Below, piece after piece: positions 31,275 to 47,572 of a stretch of 64,000 nucleotides of DNA. The stretch lies in the IMG/VR virus record IMGVR_UViG_2877251553_000001, positions 1 through 64,000 of that record, one strand, 5' to 3'. Origin of the DNA: a virus. Lineage: Duplodnaviria; Heunggongvirae; Uroviricota; Caudoviricetes. A program made the translations under genes and the position numbers. Positions within the stretch are counted from its first letter, which is position 1. Every line of letters starts with the position of its first letter. Under the pieces are notes generated by a model. That model was given only the letters and a program-made list of their open reading frames with translations. It was not told the origin of the DNA and ran no database searches.

Positions 31275-31603
31275 TGGAGACGTTTCACTGGAAAGTGCGC
31301 CCGGATATGAATGTGGTATCAGAGCCGAAAGTGGTGACAGTGAAGCTGGGCGATGGTTATGAACAGCGTCGTGCGGCGGGACTGAATAACCAGTTGTCGA
31401 CTTACAGCGTGACGATACGTGTTCGTAAATGTGAACACCCATCTTTAAAAGCCTTTCTGGAACGGCACGGTGGCGTCCGTGCATTTCAGTGGACGCCACC
31501 TTATGACTGGAAACCGATCAGGGTGGTTTGTCGTAAATGGTCGGCAAGCGTGGGGGCGCTGTGGGTAACCATAACGGCAGATTTTGAACAGGTCGTGGCA
31601 TAG
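31274..31603 (+). CDS. minor tail protein M
   Basis: 109 aa, size and order as lambda gpM. Confidence 0.85.
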   Translation: METFHWKVRPDMNVVSEPKVVTVKLGDGYEQRRAAGLNNQLSTYSVTIRVRKCEHPSLKAFLERHGGVRAFQWTPPYDWKPIRVVCRKWSASVGALWVTITADFEQVVA

Positions 31604-31612
31604 GAGGCTCTG

Positions 31613-32311
31613 ATGCAGGATATTCCACAGGAAACACATCATGAGACGACACGCCTCACTCAGTCAGCCCAGGTGGTGCTCTGGGAAATCGATCTGACAG
31701 AGGTCGGTGGTGAACGTTATTTTTTCTGTAATGAGCAGAACGAAAAAGGTGAGCCGGTTACCTGGCAGGGGCGGCAGTATCAGGCATACCCCATTCAGGG
31801 GACAGGATTTGAACTGAACGGCAAGGGCAGTGCTGCCCGTCCGACACTGACGGTTTCTAACCTGCACGGTATGGTCACCGGGATGGCGGAAGATCTGCAG
31901 AGTCTGGTCGGCGGAACGGTGGTCCGGCGTAAGGTTTACGCCCGTTTTCTGGATGCGGTGAACTTCGTCAACGGAAACAGTGACGCCGACCCGGAGCAGG
32001 AGGTGATCAGCCGCTGGCGCATCGAGCAGTGCAGCGAACTGAGCGCGGTCAGTGCCTCTTTTGTACTGGCCACGCCGACGGAAACGGACGGCGCTGTTTT
32101 TCCGGGACGTATCATGCTGGCCAACACCTGCACCTGGACCTATCGCGGCGATGAGTGCGGTTATCACGGTCCGGCGGTCGCGGATGAATATGACCAGCCA
32201 ACGTCCGATATCACGAAGGATAAATGCAGCAAATGCCTGAGCGGTTGTAAGTTCCGCAATAACGTCGGCAACTTTGGCGGCTTCCTTTCCATTAACAAAC
32301 TTTCGCAGTAA
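31613..32311 (+). CDS. minor tail protein L
   Basis: 232 aa with Cys-rich C-terminus, as lambda gpL. Confidence 0.85.
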   Translation: MQDIPQETHHETTRLTQSAQVVLWEIDLTEVGGERYFFCNEQNEKGEPVTWQGRQYQAYPIQGTGFELNGKGSAARPTLTVSNLHGMVTGMAEDLQSLVGGTVVRRKVYARFLDAVNFVNGNSDADPEQEVISRWRIEQCSELSAVSASFVLATPTETDGAVFPGRIMLANTCTWTYRGDECGYHGPAVADEYDQPTSDITKDKCSKCLSGCKFRNNVGNFGGFLSINKLSQ

Positions 32312-32316
32312 ATCCC

Positions 32317-33060
32317 ATGACAGAAACAGAATCAGCGATTCTGGCGCACGCCCGGCGATGTGCGCCAGCGGAGTCGTGCGGCTTCGTGGTGAGAACGCCG
32401 GAGGGAGAAAGATATTTTCCCTGCGTGAATATCTCCGGTGAGCCGGAGGAGTATTTCCGGATGTCGCCGGAGGACTGGCTGCGGGCAGAAATGCAGGGTG
32501 AGATTGTGGCGCTGGTCCACAGCCACCCCGGTGGTCTGCCCTGGCTGAGTGAGGCTGACCGGCGGCTGCAGGTGCAGAGTGATTTGCCGTGGTGGCTGGT
32601 CTGCCGGGGTGAGATTCATAAATTCCGCTGTGTGCCGCATCTCACCGGGCGGCGCTTTGAGCACGGGGTGACGGACTGTTACACGCTGTTCCGGGATGCT
32701 TACCATCTGGCGGGGATTGAGATGCCGGATTTTCATCGCGGGGATGACTGGTGGCGTAACGGTCAGAATCTCTATCTGGATAATCTGGAGGCCACAGGGC
32801 TGTATCAGGTGCCGTTGTCAGCGGCGCAGCCGGGCGATGTGCTGCTGTGCTGTTTTGGTTCATCGGTGCCGAATCATGCCGCTATTTACTGCGGCGACGG
32901 CGAGCTGCTGCACCATATTCCTGAACAACTGAGCAAACGAGAGAGGTATACCGACAAATGGCAGCGACGCACACACTCCCTCTGGCGTCACCGGGCATGG
33001 CACGCATCTGCCTTTACGGGGATTTGCAACGATTTGGCCGCCGCATCGACCTTCGTGTGA
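32317..33060 (+). CDS. tail assembly protein K (MPN/JAB plus NlpC/P60-type domains)
   Basis: HSHP motif and Cys/His peptidase-like region, as lambda gpK. Confidence 0.85.
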   Translation: MTETESAILAHARRCAPAESCGFVVRTPEGERYFPCVNISGEPEEYFRMSPEDWLRAEMQGEIVALVHSHPGGLPWLSEADRRLQVQSDLPWWLVCRGEIHKFRCVPHLTGRRFEHGVTDCYTLFRDAYHLAGIEMPDFHRGDDWWRNGQNLYLDNLEATGLYQVPLSAAQPGDVLLCCFGSSVPNHAAIYCGDGELLHHIPEQLSKRERYTDKWQRRTHSLWRHRAWHASAFTGICNDLAAASTFV

Positions 33061-33605
33061 AAACGGGGGCCGAAGCCATCCGGGCGCTGGCCACACAGCT
33101 CCCGGCGTTTCGTCAGAAACTGAATGACGGCTGGTATCAGGTGCGCATTGCCGGGCGTGATGCAGGTGAAACCGAATTATCTGCCCGTCTTAATGAGCCG
33201 CTGGCAAATGGTGCCGTGATCCATATCGTGCCGCGTCTGGCGGGAGCTAAAAGTGGCGGTGTGTTTCAGGTGGTGCTGGGGGCGGCGTTGATTGCGGTGG
33301 CATGGTGGAACCCTGTGGGCTGGCTGGGTGCCGCGGCTGTATCGGGCATGTATGCGGCAGGGGCCAGTATGATCCTGGGCGGTGTGGCGCAGATGCTGGC
33401 ACCGAAAGCCAGGACGTCCACGGCAGCCAGTACAGATAACGGCAAACAGAACACCTATTTTTCCTCACTGGATAACATGGTTGCTCAGGGCAATGTTTTG
33501 CCTGTTCTGTACGGTGAAATGCGTGTGGGGTCGCGGGTGGTTTCTCAGGAGATCAGCACGGCAGACGAAGGGGACGGTGGTCAGGTTGTGGTGATTGGTC
33601 GCTGA
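32958..33605 (+). CDS. tail assembly protein I
   Basis: Matches remembered lambda gpI (MAATHTLPLASPGMARICLYGDLQRFG...); overlaps K as in lambda. Confidence 0.85.
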   Translation: MAATHTLPLASPGMARICLYGDLQRFGRRIDLRVKTGAEAIRALATQLPAFRQKLNDGWYQVRIAGRDAGETELSARLNEPLANGAVIHIVPRLAGAKSGGVFQVVLGAALIAVAWWNPVGWLGAAAVSGMYAAGASMILGGVAQMLAPKARTSTAASTDNGKQNTYFSSLDNMVAQGNVLPVLYGEMRVGSRVVSQEISTADEGDGGQVVVIGR

Positions 33606-33665
33606 TGCAAAATGTTTTATGTGAAACCGCCTCCGGGCGGTTTTGTCGTTTATGGAGCATGACGA

Positions 33666-37063
<3,398 letters not shown>

Positions 37064-37129
37064 ATTTTATAACCCAGAACGGGCGCCAGAAATGACGCCT
37101 TTTTTATTGCAGAAAAGCGAGAGGTAATT

Positions 37130-37726
37130 ATGCGTAAAGTTTGTGCAGCAATTTTGTCCGCAGCCATTTGTCTGGCCGTATCCGGTGCGCCTGCATGGGC
37201 GTCTGAACATCAGTCCACGCTGAGCGCGGGTATCTTCATGCCTCGACGAACGTCCCCGGCAGTGATGATCTGAACGGGATTAACATGAAATACCGTTATG
37301 AGTTTACGGACACACTGGGGCTGGTGACGTCATTCAGCTATGCAGGAGACAAGAATCGCCAGCTGACCCGTTACAGCGATACCCGCTGGCATGAAGATTC
37401 CGTTCGTAACCGCTGGTTCAGCGTAATGGCGGGCCGTCTGTGCGCGTGAATGAATGGTTCAGCGCGTATGCGATGGCGGGTGTAGCTTACAGCCGTGTGT
37501 CGACTTTCTCCGGGGATTATCTTCGCGTAACTGACAACAAGGGGAAAAAGCACGATGTGCTGACCGGAAGTGATGACGGTCGCCACAGCAACACGTCTCT
37601 GGCGTGGGGGCTGGCGTGCAGTTTAACCCGACCGAATCCGTGTCCATTGATATTGCTTATGAAGGCTCCGGCAGTGGTGACTGGCGCACTGACGGTTTCA
37701 TCGTGGGTGTCGGTTATAAATTCTGA
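37130..37726 (+). CDS. lom: outer membrane protein Lom; reading frame interrupted several times
   Basis: N-terminus MRKVCAAILSAAICLAVSGAPAWASEHQSTLSAG and internal segments match remembered lambda Lom; several single-base gaps in homopolymers break the frame. Confidence 0.7.
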
Positions 37727-37751
37727 TTAGCCAGGTAACACAGTGTTATGA

Positions 37752-37780
37752 CAGCCCGCCGGTTCAGGCGGGCTTTTTTG
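37752..37780 (+). terminator. rho-independent terminator after lom
   Basis: CAGCCCGCC-GGTTCA-GGCGGGCT followed by TTTTTT. Confidence 0.6.
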
Positions 37781-37789
37781 TGGGTGAAT

Positions 37790-40700
37790 ATGGCAGTAAA
37801 GATTTCAGGTGTACTGAAAGACGGCACAGGAAAACCGGTACAGAACTGCACAATCCAGCTGAAAGCAAAACGTAACAGCACCACGGTGGTGGTGAACACG
37901 CTGGCCTCAGAAAATCCGGATGAAGCCGGGCGTTACAGCATGGACGTTGAGTACGGGCAGTACAGCGTTATTCTGTTGGTGGAGGGATTCCCGCCGTCAC
38001 ATGCCGGGACCATCACCGTGTATGAAGATTCCCGACCCGGTACGCTGAATGATTTTCTCGGTGCCATGACGGAGGATGATGCCCGTCCTGAGGCACTGCG
38101 CCGTTTTGAACTGATGGTGGAAGAGGTGGCGCGTAACGCGTCCGCGGTGGCACAGAACACGGCAGCCGCGAAGAAGTCAGCCAGTGATGCCAGCACATCA
38201 GCCCGTGAGGCGGCAACCCATGCGACTGATGCTGCAGGCTCAGCACGCGCAGCCAGCACATCAGCCGGGCAGGCCGCGACGTCGGCTCAGTCAGCGTCTT
38301 CCAGCGCAGGAACGGCATCAACAAAGGCCACTGAAGCCTCAAAAAGTGCTGCCGCTGCAGAGTCCTCAAAAAGCGCGGCAGCTACCAGTGCCGGTGCGGC
38401 GAAAACGTCAGAAACGAATGCGGCAGCGTCACAAAAATCTGCAGCCACTTCTGCATCCGCAGCGACCACAAAGGCGTCAGAAGCTGCCACCTCAGCCCGG
38501 GATGCGGCGGCCTCAAAAGAGGCAGCGAAATCATCAGAAACGAACGCATCATCAAGCGCCAGTAGTGCCGCTTCCTCGGCAACGGCGGCAGGAAATTCCG
38601 CGAAGGCGGCAAAAACGTCCGAGACGAACGCCAGGTCTTCTGAAACGGCAGCGGGACAGAGTGCCTCAGCTGCGGCAGGCTCAAAAACAGCGGCTGCATC
38701 ATCTGCCAGTGCCGCATCAACAAGTGCCGGGCAGGCCTCAGCCAGTGCCACCGCTGCCGGAAAGTCGGCAGAAAGTGCCGCATCGTCTGCTTCAACAGCC
38801 ACAACGAAGGCTGGCGAAGCCACTGAACAGGCCAGCGCAGCAGCGAGGTCAGCTTCCGCAGCGAAGACATCCGAAACGAACGCGAAAGCGTCGGAAACCC
38901 GTGCAGAATCCTCAAAAACGGCTGCCGCATCGTCAGCCAGTTCGGCGGCGTCATCGGCATCATCGGCGTCTGCTTCAAAAGATGAGGCGACCAGACAGGC
39001 GTCAGCAGCGAAGGGCAGCGCCACGACAGCATCCACGAAGGCGACAGAGGCAGCTGGCAGTGCGACGGCGGCAGCACAGAGCAAAAGTACGGCGGAATCC
39101 GCGGCAACGCGCGCTGAGACAGCGGCAAAACGTGCAGAGGATATTGCATCCGCCGTGGCGCTTGAGGATGCGAGCACGACGAAAAAGGGGGTAGTACAGC
39201 TCAGCAGTGCGACCAACAGCACGTCTGAAACGCTGGCGGCAACGCCAAAGGCAGTAAAAGCAGCCTATGACAATGCAGAGAAACGTCTGCAGAAAGACCA
39301 GAACGGTGCTGATATTCCCGACAAGGACCGCTTCCTGAGTAACATTAATGTTTACAGCAAAGGTGAAGTGGATCAGAAAAAGGGGATGCGATACGTTGTG
39401 GTAAATGCCCCGGCGGGTGTCCAGGAAGGTAAATATTATCCGTTAGTGATAAAAAGGAATGACAGCCATCGAGCATCCCGCGTTGTCATTTCAACGCCAA
39501 GGCGCACAGCTAATCACAGAATGAATAACTGTGAGTTTAATGGTTTTGTTTGCACAGGCGGCTGGACGGACCGGGGTAGCTATGCCTGTGGTATGTTCTG
39601 GGCTTATTCATCATCGGAACGCGCTATTCATTCCATTCTGATGAGTAATAAAGGCGATACCGTAGACAGCGTATTCTATATAGAAGGTGGGGCATTTCCC
39701 GTAGAGGTTTTTTTAGAAGAAGGACTCTCCGTTACTGCACCTGCTTCTGATTATGTTGTTGCTGAAACAACTTATAAATTTGGTGCAACTGATCCTTATT
39801 CTGAATCAGTTGCTGTAAATTTAATTTTAGATTTTAAACAAGGTAATGGATTTTATAGTTCGTATCCTGTTTTGAGTAAGTCAGATATTAGCGGGAATAA
39901 GATTTACGCTAATGATGAAGTTATTGTCCGTAGTCAGAACGCGTTAAGGATGATTGCAGGCGATTACGGTGTCATATGGCGAAATGATGGAGCAAATACT
40001 TACTTGCTCATGACTGATAAAGGCGACCAGTACGGTGGCTGGAACGGTCTTCGACCATTTGCTGTAAATAACGCAACAGGTGAAGTGACGATCAATACAC
40101 CACTTAATTCGCCTAAGGGATTAAGGGAAATTCTGATACAGCTACGAAACTTCAGACAGCAATAAAAATATCTGGTGTTTCGTTTGATGGTTCTACTGAT
40201 ATCACTTTAACCGCTGCGCATGTTGCTGCTTTTGCCAGAAGAGCAACGGATACGTATGCCGATGCGGATGGGGCGTTCCCTGGAATGCCGAATCAGGCGC
40301 TTATAATGTCACCCGCTCTGGCGACAGCTATATTCTGGTTAACTTCTATACCGGAGTCGGAAGTTGCCGGACCTTGCAGATGAAGGCGCATTACAGAAAT
40401 GGTGGTCTGTTCTACCGTTCTTCAAGAGACGGTTATGGTTTTGAGGAAGACTGGGCAGAAGTTTATACCTCGAAAAATCTTCCACCAGAAAGCTACCCAG
40501 TCGGCGCACCAATCCCGTGGCCATCAGATACCGTTCCGTCTGGTTATGCCCTGATGCAGGGGCAGACTTTTGACAAATCTGCTTACCCGAAACTTGCAGC
40601 TGCTTATCCGTCAGGCGTGATCCCTGATATGCGTGGCTGGATGATTAAGGGCAAGCCCGCCAGTGGTCGAGCCATATTGTCTCAGGAACAGGACGGCATT

Positions 40701-40988
40701 AAATCGCACACCCACAGCGCCAGCGCATCCAGTACGGATTTGGGTACGAAAACCACATCGTCGTTTGATTACGGCACTAAATCCACGAATAACACCGGGG
40801 CGCATACCCATAGTGTTAGCGGTACGGCTGCTTCAGCCGGTGCACATACCCATTCGATGACATTTGTTTCAGGTGGTTCCAGTGGTGCTCCGGGAAGTGG
40901 ATCACCTGATTATTCTAAATACAGTGTTAACACTTCTTCTGCAGGCGCTCATACGCACTCTGTATCGGGTACTGCTGCAAGCGCAGGT
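37790..40988 (+). pseudogene. stf: side tail fibre (Stf-like), 5' portion; interrupted by IS2 and by frameshifts near 40165 and 40270
   Basis: Ala/Ser/Thr-rich repeats then GAHTHS-type repeats; ORF pieces 37790-40165 and 40374-40991 plus read-through frames. Confidence 0.75.
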
Positions 40989-42317
40989 TAGACTGGCCCC
41001 TGAATCTCCAGACAACCAGTATCACTTAAATAAGTGATAGTCTTAATACTAGTTTTTAGACTAGTCATTGGAGTACAGATGATTGATGTCTTAGGGCCGG
41101 AGAAACGCAGACGGCGTACCACACAGGAAAAGATCGCAATTGTTCAGCAGAGCTTTGAACCGGGGATGACGGTCTCCCTAGTTGCCCGGCAACATGGTGT
41201 AGCAGCCAGCCAGTTATTTCTCTGGCGTAAGCAATACCAGGAAGGAAGTCTTACTGCTGTGGCCGCCGGAGAACAGGTTGTTCCTGCCTCTGAACTTGCT
41301 GCCGCCATGAAGCAGATTAAAGAACTCCAGCGCCTGCTCGGCAAGAAAACGATGGAAAATGAACTCCTCAAAGAAGCCGTTGAATATGGACGGGCAAAAA
41401 AGTGGATAGCGCACGCGCCCTTATTGCCCGGGGATGGGAGTAAGCTTAGTCAGCCGTTGTCTCCGGATGTCGCGTGCGCAGTTGCACGTCATTCTCAGAC
41501 GAACCGATGACTGGATGGATGGCCGCCGCAGTCGTCACACTGATGATACGGATGTGCTTCTCCGTATACACCATGTTATCGGAGAGCTGCCCACGTATGG
41601 TTATCGTCGGGTATGGGCGCTGCTTCGCAGACAGGCAGAACTTGATGGTATGCCTGCGATCAATGCCAAACGTGTTTACCGGATCATGCGCCAGAATGCG
41701 CTGTTGCTTGAGCGAAAACCTGCTGTACCGCCATCGAAACGGGCACATACAGGCAGAGTGGCCGTGAAAGAAAGCAATCAGCGATGGTGCTCTGACGGGT
41801 TCGAGTTCTGCTGTGATAACGGAGAGAGACTGCGTGTCACGTTCGCGCTGGACTGCTGTGATCGTGAGGCACTGCACTGGGCGGTGACTACCGGCGGCTT
41901 CAACAGTGAAACAGTACAGGACGTCATGCTGGGAGCGGTGGAACGCCGCTTCGGCAACGATCTTCCGTCGTCTCCAGTGGAGTGGCTGACGGATAATGGT
42001 TCATGCTACCGGGCTAATGAAACACGCCAGTTCGCCCGGATGTTGGGACTTGAACCGAAGAACACGGCGGTGCGGAGTCCGGAGAGTAACGGAATAGCAG
42101 AGAGCTTCGTGAAAACGATAAAGCGTGACTACATCAGTATCATGCCCAAACCAGACGGGTTAACGGCAGCAAAGAACCTTGCAGAGGCGTTCGAGCATTA
42201 TAACGAATGGCATCCGCATAGTGCGCTGGGTTATCGCTCGCCACGGGAATATCTGCGGCAGCGGGCTTGTAATGGGTTAAGTGATAACAGATGTCTGGAA
42301 ATATAGGGGCAAATCCA
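40989..42317 (+). mobile_element. IS2 insertion sequence (1329 bp here) with 5-bp target duplication CAGGT
   Basis: Ends TAGACTGGCCCC... and ...GGGGCAAATCCA; CAGGT at 40984-40988 and 42318-42322. Confidence 0.9.
41079..42306 (+). CDS. insCD: IS2 transposase InsC/InsD (orfA/orfB)
   Basis: [26 protein letters not shown]... (InsC) and DDE transposase InsD recognised from memory; one missing G in a G-run near 41430 removes the InsC stop. Confidence 0.85.
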
Positions 42318-42469
42318 CAGGTGCACACGCACATACTGTCGGTATTGGTGCTCATACGCACTCCGTTGCGATTGGTTCACATGGACATACCATCACCGTT
42401 AACGCTGCTGGTAACGCGGAAAACACCGTCAAAAACATCGCATTTAACTATATTGTGAGGCTTGCATAA
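42318..42469 (+). pseudogene. stf: side tail fibre 3' remnant
   Basis: ...[50 protein letters not shown] continues the GAHTHS repeats after IS2. Confidence 0.7.
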
Positions 42470-43051
42470 TGGCATTCAGAATGAGTGAACAACCACGGAC
42501 CATAAAAATTTATAATCTGCTGGCCGGAACTAATGAATTTATTGGTGAAGGTGACGCATATATTCCGCCTCATACAGGTCTGCCAGCAAACAGTACCGAT
42601 ATTGCACCGCCAGATATTCCGGCAGGCTTCGTGGCTGTTTTCAACAGTGATGAGGCATCGTGGCATCTCGTTGAAGATCATCGGGGTAAAACGGTTTATG
42701 ACGTGGCTTCCGGCGACGCGTTATTTATTTCTGAACTCGGTCCGTTACCGGAAAATGCCACTTGGTTATCCCGGAAGGGAGTTTCAGAAGTGGAACGGCA
42801 CAGCCTGGGTGAAAGATGCAGAAGCAGAAAAACTGTTCCGGATCCGGGAGGCGGAAGAAACAAAAAACAGCCTGATGCAGGTAGCCAGTGAGCATATTGC
42901 GCCACTTCAGGATGCTGTAGATCTGGAAATCGCAACGGAGGAAGAAACCTCATTGCTGGAAGCCTGGAAAAAGTATCGGGTGTTGCTGAACCGTGTTGAT
43001 ACATCAACTGCACCGGATATTGAGTGGCCAGAAGAACCAGACACCGTGTAA
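42469..43051 (+). CDS. tfa: tail fibre assembly protein Tfa; -1 net frameshift near 42770-42790
   Basis: N-terminus [31 protein letters not shown]... and C-terminus ...[24 protein letters not shown] match remembered lambda Tfa. Confidence 0.8.
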
Positions 43052-43059
43052 GCAAAAAA

Positions 43060-43101
43060 GAAAAACCGCAGACACGACGTATGCATGACGTGCTGCGGTT
43101 T
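43060..43101. terminator. long hairpin between convergent tfa and the GIY-YIG gene; also copy 1 of a ~30-nt repeated motif
   Basis: AAACCGCAG...CTGCGGTTT inverted repeat enclosing ACACGACGTATGCATGACGTG. Confidence 0.45.
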
Positions 43102-43112
43102 ATGCTTATCAC

Positions 43113-43936
<824 letters not shown>

Positions 43937-44297
43937 TCATTGCAAGGGCTCACAACCAGTAGTGTTGAGAAAACCATCGGAGAAATGAGGCTAAGCCTTT
44001 GAATTTACATAGTACAAAAAAGATACTTTTCCTCATAATGTGAGCTAATTTTATGTTTCGTTTGATGATTGGACCGGTCTCGAAAACCGTAGACACATAG
44101 TATGCGTTAATTTATGAACAAACTACTTGTCTGCTGTTTTTCTGTCATTAGTCGTATATAGAATGATTCTCTATGCCTAACAAAGCATCACCAGTGCTAG
44201 ATTACGTTGTAGTCACTGTTTAAATATCCAGATAAAACATTTCCTTCTGGGTTGAATGAGTGATAAAGTTTCACCCATTAGACCCCTTGGAGGAATT

Positions 44298-45730
44298 ATG
44301 TCTGAATTTGAAGTGTTGGCACAGCATCTGCTGAAGGAAGCCGAGGCGGAAGAAAAGCTGCGACAGGAAAATGATAAAAAGCTTATCGAGAAAGTGCTGG
44401 AAATCTATGATCAGAAGTATGTGGCTGAATTACTGAGAAAAGTCGGAAAAAATGAGTGGAGCCGTGAAACCATTAACCGCTGGATTAATGGCAAGTGTTT
44501 ACCAAAATCGTTGACTTCAGTAGAAGAGTCTCTTCTGCGTAAGATGCTACCAGAACCACCTGCAAACCATCCGGAATATGCTTTCCGCTTCATTGACTTA
44601 TTTGCTGGAATTGGAGGGATACGGAAAGGTTTTGAGGCCATTGGAGGCCAGTGTGTTTTTACCAGTGAATGGAATAAAGATGCTGTGCGTACATACAAGG
44701 CCAACTGGTTTAACGATGAACAGGTGCATAAATTCAATCTCGATATTCGGGAAGTCACGCTGAGTGATAAAACCGATGTATTGGAAACGGATGCTTATGC
44801 ATATATTGATGAGCATGTGCCGGATCATGATGTGCTTCTTGCGGGGTTCCCGTGCCAGCCATTTAGCCTTGCTGGTGTTAGTAAGAAAAACTCACTTGGT
44901 CGTGCGCATGGTTTTGAATGTGAAGCACAAGGAACACTTTTTTTTGACGTGGCACGTATTATACGAGCAAAAAAACCGGCAATTTTTGTGCTGGAAAATG
45001 TCAAAAATCTGAAGAGCCATGATAAGGGTAAAACTTTCAAAGTCATTATGGAGACCCTTGACGAGCTGGGCTACGAAGTTGCCGATGCTGCAGAAATGGG
45101 AAAAAACGATCCAAAGATTATCGATGGGAAGCATTTTTTGCCTCAGCATCGTGAACGCATTGTTCTGGTCGGATTTAGACGAGATCTGAATATTCACAAG
45201 GGGTTTACCTTGCGTGATATCAGTCGTTTTTATCCGGAACACCGCCCATCATTTGGTGAATTGCTGGAGCCTGTAGTCGACAGTAAATATATACTTACGC
45301 CAAAACTATGGGAGTACCTTTATAACTACGCCAAAAAGCATGCAGCCAAGGGGAATGGTTTTGGCTTTGGGTTGGTCAATCCTGAGAATAAGGAAAGCAT
45401 TGCACGCACACTTTCTGCCAGATATCACAAAGACGGATCAGAAATTCTTATTGATCGTGGTTGGGATATGGCAACGGGAGAGGCTGACTTTATGAATGAG
45501 AGTAATCAGGCTCGTCGACCACGCAGGCTGACTCCCGAGAGTGCGCACGCCTTATGGGATTTGAAAAACCTGGAGGGAAACCATTCCGTATTCCGGTTTC
45601 AGATACTCAGTCATATCGGCAGTTCGGTAACTCAGTTGTGGTGCCAGTATTTGAAGCTGTTGCCAGACTTCTGGAACCCTATATCCTCAAAGCTGTTTCT
45701 GCTGATGCTGGTAAGACTGGGCAGCCTTGA
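44298..45730 (+). CDS. DNA cytosine-5 methyltransferase (Dcm / M.EcoRII-like, CCWGG-type); -1 frameshift at a C-run near 45533
   Basis: Strong resemblance to remembered E. coli Dcm ([14 protein letters not shown]...GFPCQPFS...ENVKNL...[15 protein letters not shown]); restoring one C gives a Dcm-like C-terminus. Confidence 0.85.
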
Positions 45731-45764
45731 GAACATCTCCCGGCCTTTTAAGCCGGGAGTCAGC

Positions 45765-46979
45765 CTATGATAGTTCAGCGTAAAGCTCTATCAGCTCAGT
45801 AATGAATGCTCCGAGCGTTATTAATTCTTCTCTAACTGCTTCTGGGTATTTTTTATGTAAAGTTGATGGTACAACGAGTCTGACACCCGCATCTTTCATT
45901 TCTCGGTATTGTGCTGAAGAAACACCTTCTTGCAGTGTAAATAAATGTACCTGATGGATTTTATCTGCTTCATTCAGTATCTGACGCCAGCGATCTTTGC
46001 AGGTGGTCTTTACTGCCAGCATACGTAAGTTTTCTACAGGAAATTCAACGTTATGATATGCCTCTGCTGAAGGAAACAGGAAATCTGGTTTTTTATTACC
46101 TTCAGTAACTGCCTGAGTGGAGAAATGCCGTAGTCCGTGCTCGATAAAAAGCTTCTCTAGGTGAAGTTCAAGTGATTTGCCTGCCCTTGATTTACGTCGA
46201 TTACTGACAGAGTTGGCTAATGCAATAAACTCATCTACAGAATCGAATCCTTTCTTAATAATATCAAGAACATGTAATTCCTCGACGAGTAGAAAAATAT
46301 CATACTCGACACGCCGACGGTCAATCAGTTGCTCATCTGGATCCTTGGAGTTTTTAGCATAATGGCCAGCAGCATATTGAATAATTTCGTTTCCAGAAGG
46401 AAAACGCTTCTTCCAGTCTTCAGGAATAACATATTTATGATTTACTGGAGTTTGCTGAAGAGACAATCCGCCCAAAATTTGTCCGGCAGGGCCGGAAATT
46501 AGGGTTCCAGGTATGATTTCGCCAATAGCAGACTCGATGATATCCTCTTCATCGGGATTGACGCAGACCCATATATCTACCTCGGAACAGTCAGTGTTCT
46601 GTTCGTTTAACCTGAAAGCAAGAATTGTGAGGGCTCCTGTATTTTCAGGGTTCTGTAATGGACTTCCTCTCCCCCAGCGCGTAATTCTTTTTTCGTTTCG
46701 GGTCTTACCAAAATAACGGTTGTTGTAATAAATTGCGCGTGCTTGGGTATCAGGGCAATCATGGGATGATACATGCGCAGTAAGGAAGACTGAAGGGTTC
46801 AGTTCGCGAGTATGATTGATAGATGGAAAAAGCTTTTCAACGATATTTGAGGGGATATAAAGTCCGACCTGATGGCCACCTGTTGCGCCTGTGTCGTTTG
46901 CAGAAAGGCGTTTGATGTAGATAAAGTAATTCCCGCTTGCGATATCAAGCAGCCAGTTATGAAAAACCGACATATACAT
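45765..46979 (-). CDS. type II restriction endonuclease, EcoRII-like (CCWGG)
   Basis: 404-aa ORF convergent with the Dcm-like gene; N-terminus (M)[25 protein letters not shown] matches remembered R.EcoRII. Confidence 0.8.
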   Translation of the reverse strand: MYMSVFHNWLLDIASGNYFIYIKRLSANDTGATGGHQVGLYIPSNIVEKLFPSINHTRELNPSVFLTAHVSSHDCPDTQARAIYYNNRYFGKTRNEKRITRWGRGSPLQNPENTGALTILAFRLNEQNTDCSEVDIWVCVNPDEEDIIESAIGEIIPGTLISGPAGQILGGLSLQQTPVNHKYVIPEDWKKRFPSGNEIIQYAAGHYAKNSKDPDEQLIDRRRVEYDIFLLVEELHVLDIIKKGFDSVDEFIALANSVSNRRKSRAGKSLELHLEKLFIEHGLRHFSTQAVTEGNKKPDFLFPSAEAYHNVEFPVENLRMLAVKTTCKDRWRQILNEADKIHQVHLFTLQEGVSSAQYREMKDAGVRLVVPSTLHKKYPEAVREELITLGAFITELIELYAELS

Positions 46980-47572
46980 CCCTTTGTTAACATACAGTCA
47001 GGGTTAACATTTTTCCATAGTTATAGATAAGCGGCTAGGAACTTAAGGGAAAAACAAAAAGCCCGCATAAGCGGGCTTTTGTGTCACTCGAGAGCCGCGG
47101 CTCCTTTGCGTATCCTTTTTTGTCTCCTCACCGTCTGGTCGGTGTCCTGCTGAGACTGCTAACTTCCTGTTTTTGTTGGTGTTGCCCTTACACCGTCCAA
47201 TCATGATTGGTGGAGCTGGCGGGAGTTGAAACCGTAGCCACGTCGTATGCAAGAACGTGCTACGACTGGCTGGTGAACTTCCGATAGTGCGAGTATTGAA
47301 TGATTTCCAACTGTTATCGATTTTGCGTATTTTTTGCATGAGAGGATTTTTACCTCCTCCCACCGATCCTCCATGGCTTTACGCCAGTGTCTCTAGGACT
47401 GCTATGTGCCAAAAGCAGAACTTGCTTACATTGTGCTATGTTAATTTGTTGGGAGCAGGTCACAAAGTCCAGCCAGGACGAAAATAAATAATTGCCATAC
47501 ATTTAGTGTTGATTATTTCGGGATTGTTCATCTATTCTGATTGTATCAGCGAGCAGGCCGGAGTCACTCTTC

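Noticed and set aside
38160-39180. Possible CRISPR-like or tandem DNA repeat array in the Ala/Ser-rich region
   Set aside because: Repeats are imperfect, in-frame and coding (tail fibre repeats); no spacer-repeat periodicity and no cas genes anywhere in the window.
38013-39222. Long overlapping ORFs on both strands inside the tail fibre gene (38184-39194 plus strand, 38287-39222 and 38382-39149 minus strand)
   Set aside because: They lie within the GC-rich Ala/Ser/Thr repeat region of the fibre gene, where alternative frames stay open by composition alone; translations are low-complexity (Arg/Pro/Gln or Ala/Asp runs).
41446-41877. 143-aa minus-strand ORF inside IS2
   Set aside because: Antisense to the IS2 transposase genes; not a known IS2 product.
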